A stretch of DNA of 64,000 nt from an archaeon (lineage in GTDB: Archaea > EX4484-52 > WAPT01): NCBI GenBank assembly GCA_029258795.1, contig JAPDKB010000007.1, positions 224,001 to 288,000 on the forward strand, written 5' to 3'. Below, in pieces: positions 27,478-36,200 of the stretch; positions within the stretch are counted from its first letter, which is position 1, and each line of letters starts with the position of its first letter. The notes under the pieces were generated by a model that saw only the letters and a program-made list of their open reading frames with translations, was not told the origin of the DNA and searched no databases. Both the position numbers and the translations under genes were made by a program.

Positions 27478-30036
27478 TCACCACCTGAACTTGTTCCTGA
27501 TCCACTGGGCAAGGCGGTTCATTTCCTTGGCTCTCTCTCCCAAGAACGTGTAGCTGTGCTCCGGAAGTGTCAGCAAGCCCTCTATCGGGTCCATTGCATG
27601 CATTTTCACCGCCTGATACTGTGCGGCTTCAAACTCCGGCCCGAGTCCGTAGAAGTCTGGAGGTAGCTTGTCGGGAGGTACTTCTTCCTCAAGATGCTTT
27701 ACCATCAGCCTCAAAGCTACAGCGCTGTCTTCTGGTGGTCCTGCAGCACCCCACTCCCAAATCATATACGCGTCCTTCATACCTTTCTTTCTTAACAACC
27801 ATAACCATTTATAAAGTATGTACATGTCCAAGCTGAAGAGCTGAATCTGTCCGTGCAAGCCACCATAAGGGCGTGGCGCATTTATATGCACCATCCTCAC
27901 ATATTTGGCATCCCCCTCCCTTATGTTCTCCTCCACATCCTTGATGGGGTCAATGAGGTTGGTGGTGAGGTGCTCAAAATCAATGGTGTATGATATGTGC
28001 TCGCCTTTCTCTATGCTTTTAACCAGAGCTATGTGGTGGTGTGCATGCATTACTCTAAGCTGACCTTCAAGTCCCGGAGCCGGTTGCTCAGTCTCCACAA
28101 AAATGTGGATTTTGTTTTTCTTGCAGTACTCGTAGATGGAAAGATCCATTTCGTCATTTTCCAGATCCCTCAGAATTCTGCTGTCCATTACACTACCCTT
28201 ATCCTGCTCTTTTTCTATTCTCCACTCTCTGACCTGCTCCGGCAATCCACCCATATTCCATGGAGGTGTTTTCACAAGCAAGTGTCCCTGAATGTACTTG
28301 CATGCAACTGCGGTGATTATAAGCTCGATTATCTTCTGCACGGGTATTTTGGCCCTGTTGCCTTTATCATCTTCATAAACGGATTCTCCCTTGTTCGCAC
28401 GGTCTATGGCCACGTCAGGTTTTATTCTACAACCTGCTTCCCTCTCCACTATCTCCTTCCAGAGGAAATCTCCTGTTTCGGACATGTACTTGGCAACCAC
28501 CTCATAGCTTACCCTTTCCTGTGCCTCACTTCCCTGCTGTTTCCACAGTTCAAAAAGCTGGTCGAAATCCATGTTTAGCACAGTTCTAATCACATCACTG
28601 CAAAGCATGAAATGCTTGTAAGCTCTGGAAAGTCCTACCGCACCATTCCCTTTTCTCAACGCTTCTTCGGGAGCTACACCATTGTTCAGCACCCTCGTAA
28701 ATATTCTGTAAACGATGCTATACCTCAAAAGTTCCTCAATTTCTTCCCTCAATTTGTTCTCATCGGGAATCCTGCTTTCATCACACATCTCGACCTTGTG
28801 TTTGATAACATAGTAGTTTTTCAGTTCCTCATTAAGTGCTTGAAAATATCCTGCTTTGCTGGGGTCTCGCTGTCTTTGTTGTGCCTTTTCTTTGATCCCC
28901 TCAGCTTCTATTTGTAGCTCGTTTATTTTTCTTTCATTACTCTCCTTTCTTTCTTCTAGTTTCCTAATTTCGTTAATGATGTTTTCTTTTTCTTCTTCTT
29001 TGCTTACAACTTCAAGTTGATACCCAAGATCCCTGATCATTTTCTCAATTTGCGTTATTTCTGATTTTAACGCAATAATTTGGGCGTTGATTTCAGAAAG
29101 TCTTTTCCTTTCATCAGGAGTAAGATCTAGCAGTTTCTCAGCTTCCTTCGTTTTATTCTCAAGTTCCCTTATCTTCTTATCAAGTTCTTCCAGAATTTTT
29201 GGTCTTGCTAACTTCCAGTACTTTAATTTCATTCTGTTCAGCTCTCTCGCTGCAAACACAACTCTTTCTTTAAAATCCCTACCCGGATATTTGGGCCCTT
29301 CATCAGTCTCTATTTGCTCAGTTGTGCTCAAAAAGTATGAAACCTCGGCGTTTGGCACGCTACCAAGCACTCGGTATAGGACGTTCACGAATCTTGCCTT
29401 GAACCATTCCTTAAACCAGGGTATATGTTTCTTCTTGCCATCTGATGGATCTTTAAATTTCCCTTCAGAGACCTTCTCAATCCACATAGCCAAATTTTCA
29501 CCCGTAAATGAGTACTGTGGAACAGGATACTCATGGGCTGCAAGATAATAGACAAGGCCGGGTCTCGGTTTGTGGGAAGTGTGAAACAGAATAAATTTGG
29601 CACCCGTTTTTTTTGCTATTATCGCTGTTCTCTGCACATTGCGGTGGTGTCTTTCCCATTCATAAGCATTTGCCACACCCAAATCTATGGCAATTTCTCC
29701 AGTTACAGGAGCGTGTATTCCGAATCCAAAGTATGGGCCCTGAGCTTCAATCACCCTTTTTACCTCGTCCTCCACGCCATGCTCATAAGCCTCCGCTATA
29801 CTCTCAAAATCAACTTCCACAAAATCAAAACCCTGTCTTGCTCCAAAAGCAATTTTTCTGGCTATCCCGGAGAGAGCCATTCTCTCTGCTCCCTGCCTGA
29901 ACTGGGCAAATCCAGGGGTAACTCCTATTATATAGCCGATGGGTCTGTTGTGTTCGTCCCACCTTCCCTGCGGCTTCTTTTCCGTTGGATTGGCATTGCT
30001 CTTTTCCTTTGGCTTTTTAAGTTTGTCCAGCACCAT
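27478..30036 (-). CDS. large xylose-isomerase/AP-endonuclease-2-like TIM-barrel protein with coiled-coil insertion
   Basis: FVEVD, GIHAP, LFHTS, FVETE, TIDFEH, MVHIN, IWEW strand-end metal ligands; central heptad region. Confidence 0.65.
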   Translation of the reverse strand: MVLDKLKKPKEKSNANPTEKKPQGRWDEHNRPIGYIIGVTPGFAQFRQGAERMALSGIARKIAFGARQGFDFVEVDFESIAEAYEHGVEDEVKRVIEAQGPYFGFGIHAPVTGEIAIDLGVANAYEWERHHRNVQRTAIIAKKTGAKFILFHTSHKPRPGLVYYLAAHEYPVPQYSFTGENLAMWIEKVSEGKFKDPSDGKKKHIPWFKEWFKARFVNVLYRVLGSVPNAEVSYFLSTTEQIETDEGPKYPGRDFKERVVFAARELNRMKLKYWKLARPKILEELDKKIRELENKTKEAEKLLDLTPDERKRLSEINAQIIALKSEITQIEKMIRDLGYQLEVVSKEEEKENIINEIRKLEERKESNERKINELQIEAEGIKEKAQQRQRDPSKAGYFQALNEELKNYYVIKHKVEMCDESRIPDENKLREEIEELLRYSIVYRIFTRVLNNGVAPEEALRKGNGAVGLSRAYKHFMLCSDVIRTVLNMDFDQLFELWKQQGSEAQERVSYEVVAKYMSETGDFLWKEIVEREAGCRIKPDVAIDRANKGESVYEDDKGNRAKIPVQKIIELIITAVACKYIQGHLLVKTPPWNMGGLPEQVREWRIEKEQDKGSVMDSRILRDLENDEMDLSIYEYCKKNKIHIFVETEQPAPGLEGQLRVMHAHHHIALVKSIEKGEHISYTIDFEHLTTNLIDPIKDVEENIREGDAKYVRMVHINAPRPYGGLHGQIQLFSLDMYILYKWLWLLRKKGMKDAYMIWEWGAAGPPEDSAVALRLMVKHLEEEVPPDKLPPDFYGLGPEFEAAQYQAVKMHAMDPIEGLLTLPEHSYTFLGERAKEMNRLAQWIRNKFRW

Positions 30037-30089
30037 GATAACTCACATTCATTTATATAGATGAATGCTCAAAATAAAACTTTGGGTGT

Positions 30090-30779
30090 TTGACAGTGGG
30101 TCTGGCAGATAAGCTGGGAGGAATCACCTCAAAATTCAAGAGGAAATCTCTCGACCAGAAGATAGATGAAGCTCTGAAAAGTCAATCTTCCACTAACAGA
30201 ATGAGCGATTTTTCAAGCACTTTCTCACAGCTAAACAAAAACGCTGCTGAAAGGTTCAGAAGTGAGGTGAGTGGAGCTGGCAAGGCCATGTTCACGAGAG
30301 CTGAGGAGAGATTTGATTCAAACTACCCCGCGATAGAAAAAGCTCCTTTTGGAGATATGACTCAGGAAAGCCCTTTGACCAGGGACTTCGATAAGTTCCC
30401 ATCAGGAGATAACTTTCAAAGCGGTTTTGAAAGAATGGAAACAAAGAGAGAGCCCGCTGCGCCAATGGAAGAGAATCCCTTCATGCATGCAGCAACGTCC
30501 ATGCCCTCCCTACCTGAGGAAAATAATGCTCAACCTCAACCCCCATTTCAGCAGGAAAGCGCACGTTCCTTCTCAACCACTGAGGTCTCTTCTCATCCCG
30601 GTGTTGAGACAAGAGCAAGGGAAAGTTTTGGTGAAACCTCCCTTCCTTTATCATCTCCGCATCCCACAAGCACCACCCAAGCCGATATTTCCGCGGTTCT
30701 GAGGGAGTTGCAGGCCATCAGGGAGCAGAATGCCGTAATTCTTGAAAAGCTGAAAAGAATCGAGGAGCGGTTGAGGTGA
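30090..30779 (+). CDS. hypothetical protein, mostly disordered, with C-terminal coiled coil
   Basis: P/S/E/F-rich low-complexity body; DISAVLRELQAIREQNAVILEKLKRIEERLR tail. Confidence 0.7.
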   Translation: MTVGLADKLGGITSKFKRKSLDQKIDEALKSQSSTNRMSDFSSTFSQLNKNAAERFRSEVSGAGKAMFTRAEERFDSNYPAIEKAPFGDMTQESPLTRDFDKFPSGDNFQSGFERMETKREPAAPMEENPFMHAATSMPSLPEENNAQPQPPFQQESARSFSTTEVSSHPGVETRARESFGETSLPLSSPHPTSTTQADISAVLRELQAIREQNAVILEKLKRIEERLR

Positions 30780-30828
30780 AGAGCAGGAGCTGAATGGAAA
30801 ACAGAATAATGAGAGTGCACTCAAACAC

Positions 30829-31362
30829 TCAGTAGTTGAATCCTGCTCCTTTGGGCACGGTGACGCGTTCCGTCTTCTGAACCGGTATGCCGAGCATCTC
30901 TCTCAACGCGTTCTCTATCGTCATCAGCATCTTTTTGGAAACTTCGAAATATTTGGTGCGCTGCTTGTTGTAGAATAGGTAGGAATATGTCCACCAGAAG
31001 CTCTTGTGTATGCTGTGAGAATAAGGCACCCTCGTTTCAAGCACACCTCCGTATTTCAGAGTCATGTGTCCCATTTTTTGCGGGTCATCTCCCTGCTGAC
31101 CCCAGGCACGCATCTTGAACTTGAGAGATGTCCATCTGTCAAAAGCTCTGTTTGCCTCAACTTCATAATAAAAGCTGCCATCGGTGGTGTCCCACCTCAC
31201 ATCCTTTTCCCATACATCGGGACTTCCTATCTCCAGCACATGTTTGAGCAGCTCCACCATCTTATCCTTAAAACCCAAGGGATTTGGTCCTCTATAGGTT
31301 ATTTTTTTCATTTCATGCGGTGCGAAGACCATGTCGGAATAGTAAAGCTCTTTGTTAGCCAT
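30829..31362 (-). CDS. conserved hypothetical protein (paralog B)
   Basis: Aligns by eye with 31355..31870; overlapping stop and start. Confidence 0.8.
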   Translation of the reverse strand: MANKELYYSDMVFAPHEMKKITYRGPNPLGFKDKMVELLKHVLEIGSPDVWEKDVRWDTTDGSFYYEVEANRAFDRWTSLKFKMRAWGQQGDDPQKMGHMTLKYGGVLETRVPYSHSIHKSFWWTYSYLFYNKQRTKYFEVSKKMLMTIENALREMLGIPVQKTERVTVPKGAGFNY

Positions 31363-31870
31363 GTTCCCTCAACTCCTCCATATACTTCTTTACTTCTTCT
31401 TCCAGCTTCCTCACTATCCTTCTCCCAATCTGAATGTATTCCATCCTTTTTTTGTGGTAAAACACGGTGTGCCAGAAGCGTCTAGCCATCTCGTAAAAGA
31501 TGGATTGCTGGAGCAGCGTGTCCTGCGGGTACTCGGTTATTAGCGCGGCATCTATGGAGATGGTCACTGGGCCCTTTCCGTTTTTGGAAAAGCCCTTCAT
31601 CTTTATGTCAGCGCGAATGTGGGAATAGACGTCCATCTGCTTTATTACGCGCCACCACACGTTGAATTTTATCTCGTTCTCACTTGGCGTTTCCCATGTA
31701 AAAGCTATCTCCTGAATATGGCTTCTGGGGATGTTGAATATGACCGGCATGAGTTCCTGCATTTTGGAATACAGCCTTTCGGGGTGGGGTCCGGAATAAT
31801 TTATGAATATCTCTTCATGGGGTTCAAAGAGGTCGTCATAAATCACAAGCTTGGTCCTTGCCCATACCAT
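31355..31870 (-). CDS. conserved hypothetical protein (paralog A)
   Basis: DDLFEPHEEIFINYSGPHP versus DMVFAPHEMKKITYRGPNP in paralog B. Confidence 0.8.
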   Translation of the reverse strand: MVWARTKLVIYDDLFEPHEEIFINYSGPHPERLYSKMQELMPVIFNIPRSHIQEIAFTWETPSENEIKFNVWWRVIKQMDVYSHIRADIKMKGFSKNGKGPVTISIDAALITEYPQDTLLQQSIFYEMARRFWHTVFYHKKRMEYIQIGRRIVRKLEEEVKKYMEELREHG

Positions 31871-31925
31871 GATAATAATAAGAGGTAATAGCTATTTATA
31901 TAAATTGCAAGAAAATAGTAAAAGT

Positions 31926-32318
31926 ATGGAGCTGGAAACCCTGGAAGTTATTGTGGGGCTGTTGCTTCTTTTCTTTGGAATATACCTTCTCTACTTTATG
32001 GATGTGATTTCCCATATCGTTGGTGTGTTTAAACTAGGGAAGAAAAGGGAGATCAAGCCGGGAGATATCCATCTCACCATCATCATGCTTCTCGGAATAG
32101 TTTTTGTGGTTGCAGGTGCGTGGATGCTCGTTGATGTCGTTGGGATCAGAAGGCTCATGGTAAAATTTGCAGGCCTAGTGTCATTTCTCTTTGCAAGTTT
32201 CCTCGTGTTCCACTTCCCTGACAGTAAAAAGTATCAGCCAGCTGGCTTTGAAACCATAGCCGTGCTTTTGGGAATTGTGTTTTATGCCATTGCTCTCTAC
32301 CTGCTGATATTCGCGTGA
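31926..32318 (+). CDS. four-TM membrane protein
   Basis: Four hydrophobic helices; start ATG 31926. Confidence 0.7.
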   Translation: MELETLEVIVGLLLLFFGIYLLYFMDVISHIVGVFKLGKKREIKPGDIHLTIIMLLGIVFVVAGAWMLVDVVGIRRLMVKFAGLVSFLFASFLVFHFPDSKKYQPAGFETIAVLLGIVFYAIALYLLIFA

Positions 32319-32336
32319 GAGAAGAATGCGTGGGGC

Positions 32337-33146
32337 TCAAGAGGTTATGCGCTTCTTTCTCCACATCGCAATCCCTGCAAGCAGAGCAACAACCGCTGCT
32401 CCAGCCCCTAAAGCTGAATAGTGTAGCGCCGTAAAGCCGGTGATCGCTGATGATACGCTGCCTGATGGCAATGATGCGAGCTGATCCTTCTTTACGTTGT
32501 CACTCTCAACGATGCTGCACGGCTGCACCTCAAGCGGTTTGTTCAGATCGGTGCCGCAGTTGTTCACATCCTCGCAGCTTCTCGTCTGCATTCCGTCCTT
32601 GCAGGAGCTCCACTCCGTGCATACCCACCTTTCAACACATTCACTGGTGGTGGTTGAGGCGGTATTCTCGTTCTCACTCCCATTCGGCTCTTCAGTTGTG
32701 GTTGTTGGTGGTGATGATGCTGCGCCTGCTGTTGCAGCCCCTCCAGATGTTGAGGTCTGGCTTTCTGGAGAGATGGTGCCACCTTCCTCTCTGGTGATGG
32801 TTAAGTCCAGTCGCGTTACACACCCATTGCAAAAGTAGTAAGTAGCTGCCAACGTGCCATCAACATAAATCTTGATTTCCTTACCGCTCATGTCGTTGTT
32901 GGGATCATCCACGTAGAATATCGGGTCATAACCATATTTTCCATCACTAACTGTGGTTTTGGCCACCACCTTTCCATCCACCTCGGCAGTGATCACCGTA
33001 CCATCCGGAGCTATATTTCCATTTATGTACACGCTCCCATAAAAAGCGTGAGGTACTCCCGGAATGGCAAGCACCGCTCCGGTCATCAAGCTGAGCAACA
33101 CAAATGCAGAGACAACCATTCCAACAGAGTTTTTCGAACCTATCAT
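32337..33146 (-). CDS. membrane-anchored surface protein with TSP1-like Cys motif
   Basis: Signal peptide, PHAFYGSVYING domain, S/T linker, CVERWVCTEWSSC..G.QTRSC, C-terminal TM followed by RKKR; GAGGTG RBS before ATG 33146. Confidence 0.8.
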   Translation of the reverse strand: MIGSKNSVGMVVSAFVLLSLMTGAVLAIPGVPHAFYGSVYINGNIAPDGTVITAEVDGKVVAKTTVSDGKYGYDPIFYVDDPNNDMSGKEIKIYVDGTLAATYYFCNGCVTRLDLTITREEGGTISPESQTSTSGGAATAGAASSPPTTTTEEPNGSENENTASTTTSECVERWVCTEWSSCKDGMQTRSCEDVNNCGTDLNKPLEVQPCSIVESDNVKKDQLASLPSGSVSSAITGFTALHYSALGAGAAVVALLAGIAMWRKKRITS

Positions 33147-33224
33147 TTTTGAACACCTCATAAAATCAAAGAGAAGCACAGCGTTGCGCTGTGCTCCCAG
33201 TCCTATCGATCATTCTTACGGCTT

Positions 33225-36200
33225 TCACCATCCGCCTATGCATTTAAAATCCCTGTTCCAGACGCAGGTGGTTGCTGGAGCGTACAGCTCTTCTTCATCC
33301 AGTTCTATCCAGTACCCCTTCCCTGCATACATCCTGTTGTCAAAGCACCTGTCTCCGTACGGACATGCGTTCAGCGGGATCCACCAAGTGTAGCCGTTTC
33401 CGCAGTTAAGGTATGTCCACAGCGAGCTCCATTTTGGATAGCCCTCATGTGTGTTTATCAGTGAGTTGAGCGCACAGTACACCTTATCTCCGTAGATGTA
33501 ACGGTTGTGGTATCCATATCCATGGCCACAGTAGTCCCACATGTCATCCCAACCGTACATCTGCCACTTTATGCCATAGTAGCCTATCAGGTTCCAGCCC
33601 TTGGCGAGCTTTCTGCTTGGTGGTGTTGTTGCCGGGCTGAATAAACTTCCACCAATGGTGAGCCATACAGGATTCTCTGCACTTCCGTTCATTGAAAGTA
33701 CCCAGTAGCCGTAACCCGGTTCTATGGTGTTGAAGTCCTTGGGACCATCATCGTCAGGAGTCCACACATACCATGTACCGTTCTCGTATTTCCACACTGC
33801 AAGTATGCTATCCTCTATGTCGTGGAACACCACATCTATGTTGCTGTTGAGCAGCACAAATGGCACGGATATGAGGTTCCACTTTTTGTAGAGCGGAATG
33901 TCGAGCTTTGTTCCCTCAACCTTGAACTTCTCAACATCCAGCAAGCTTCTGTTCACATTACCAACTCTGTCCACACAGTAATACTCGAGCTCATGCTCTG
34001 TCTCTTCCAGGAAGTAGAAGGACTGCATCTCTCCTTCCCATGCCATGCAGCAAAAGCCATCTCCACTTGAGTTGTATGCACCTCCGTACTCCTCACAGTA
34101 TCTTTCCGTTACGTCATCTCCGTCCATGCTTACTTTAAAGCATGCTATTTCGGCTCCAGCCGGATGTTCGCCAGTATCCTCACACCCAAGCGTTATTGGT
34201 GTGAGCATGGTCACCTGCCAGCACTCCAACGCATCGCTATCATTTATCCAGCACCTTTCGTTAGCTTCTGGATAAAAGTTGCTCTCTGGATCGTTGTTCT
34301 TGCCCGGAGTCCACATATCGCTTGGTTTGCCCACTTCCTTGAGAGGAGTTGGTGCTGTGGTATCCACAAAAATGCATCTCTTGCTAATATTGGCGGTTTT
34401 ATTCACATTATCAACGCTGTAGTACTCGATCAGGTGGCATGACTCCTCGCCTATTATGAATGGAGTACCATTCCAGAGCTGGAAGCTGCCGTTTCCTTCC
34501 GCGTCGCTACACATGCTGGTGTTGTAGCAGTATTCATCATCCACAAGCGTCACACGATAATATGTGGAGTTCACTCCGCTTGGATGTGGGCCCAGATCAA
34601 CAGCATGCAGTGTGAATTCTGTAGTTGCTCCAACCCATTCGGATGTTCCATTGGTGTAGTACGGCACACCAACTTCAAGCTCTGTGGTTGGAGGTGTCTT
34701 ATCCACGATAAAAGCGCCAAATATCTCGTCATCGTTATGAAGTCCGTCCTCGCACCACACTCTGAGCAGATATGCATGCTCCTCCGGCAGTATTATGTTG
34801 AAACTTGCTCCTTCATCCGTAACCTCACTTTCCTCATCATCATCCACATCGTAGTACTGCCATTTACAGCTCACCATGTCAACAGGATGTGGTTGCTGAT
34901 CGTACGCCTCAACATGAATATAGCTTGCAGTGTCTATCATGCAGAACTCTCCCTTGTCCTGCCCCCCTATACTGCAGTTTCCGTACTTTGGTCCAACAAC
35001 GGTGATGTTCATGTAGGGTGGTGTGTTGTCCACAACATCAATCTCGCTCTCCACCTCATTGCTGTTCTGAAGCGCGTCCGTACAGTAATACTCGACTAGG
35101 TGGCATGACTCTTCCGGCAAAGTTATGCTTTCTCCGCTTGCTACCTCCGTCCATTGGGTTGGCTCGCTCCAATTCTGGCAGTCGTTGCTGATTGCATACC
35201 TGTAATAAATCACTTCTCCACCAACCGGATGCTCACCCGTATCCTCACACATGAAGGTTATCGGAGTTGTGGTGGAAATGTAAGTCATGTTGTCCTCCTC
35301 AATTTTAGGATCGCCTATTACTTTGTCCATAGTGGGTGGCGTGTTATCCACAAAAACACACTGCTTTTTTATGGTTTCCACATTCCCGATCTCATCAACG
35401 CTGTAGTACTCGATCAGGTGGCATGACTCCTCGCCTATTATGAATGGAGTACCATTCCAGAGCTGGAAGCTGCCGTTTCCTTCTGCATTCTGGCAGTCAT
35501 AATTGCTCCAGCAAGGAGTATTGCTGTCCATCAGGGTTACGCGGTAATGGGTGGAATTGACGCCAGAAGCACATGTTGTTCCTTCGGGGTTGTCCACCGC
35601 ATCAAGCACCAGTCTGGTAGAGCTGCTTATCCACCTAACAACATTACCATCATTATTCTCGGTGTATGTTTCGCCATCATAAGTTTTGGTTGTGGTTGGT
35701 GCTTCACTATCCACATAAAACTTCTCTTCATCCACCTTACAGTTATCAAGAGCATCACAACATGTAACCTTGAGTGTGTGCTCCGTGCTCTCAGCAAATC
35801 TAACCCTGCAGAAGTTCTGGTTGTCACATTCGGTTATGGAAATGAACGGGTTATCATCCACGCTGTATTCGAAAGTACACTTCACATCATTCACAGCACA
35901 TCCCGCGCTTGCATCATCCTGAGCCGATACATTGACCTCTGTGGCATGGGCGCCTCCTCTAACGCGGCAGACGTCCTGCTCGCTTGTGGGCGGGCATACA
36001 CCAATCTTAGGCTCACCCACACCCTTGCTTATCACGGGTGGTCTGGAATCCACCTTGAAGATTTCGGAATCCTCAGTACCCTTGTTGCCTAAGGCGTCCA
36101 TACAGAAGAACGTTAAGTTATGAGATGAGTCCTCCATGAACTCGAACGAGTACTTATTATCTCCAACTTCATAACAGCACCATTCCTCCCCATCTATCGT

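Noticed and set aside
12236-35483. Identical intragenic repeats as template/variable repeats of a diversity-generating retroelement
   Set aside because: The copies are identical rather than differing at adenines, both lie inside the same CDS, and no reverse transcriptase is in the window
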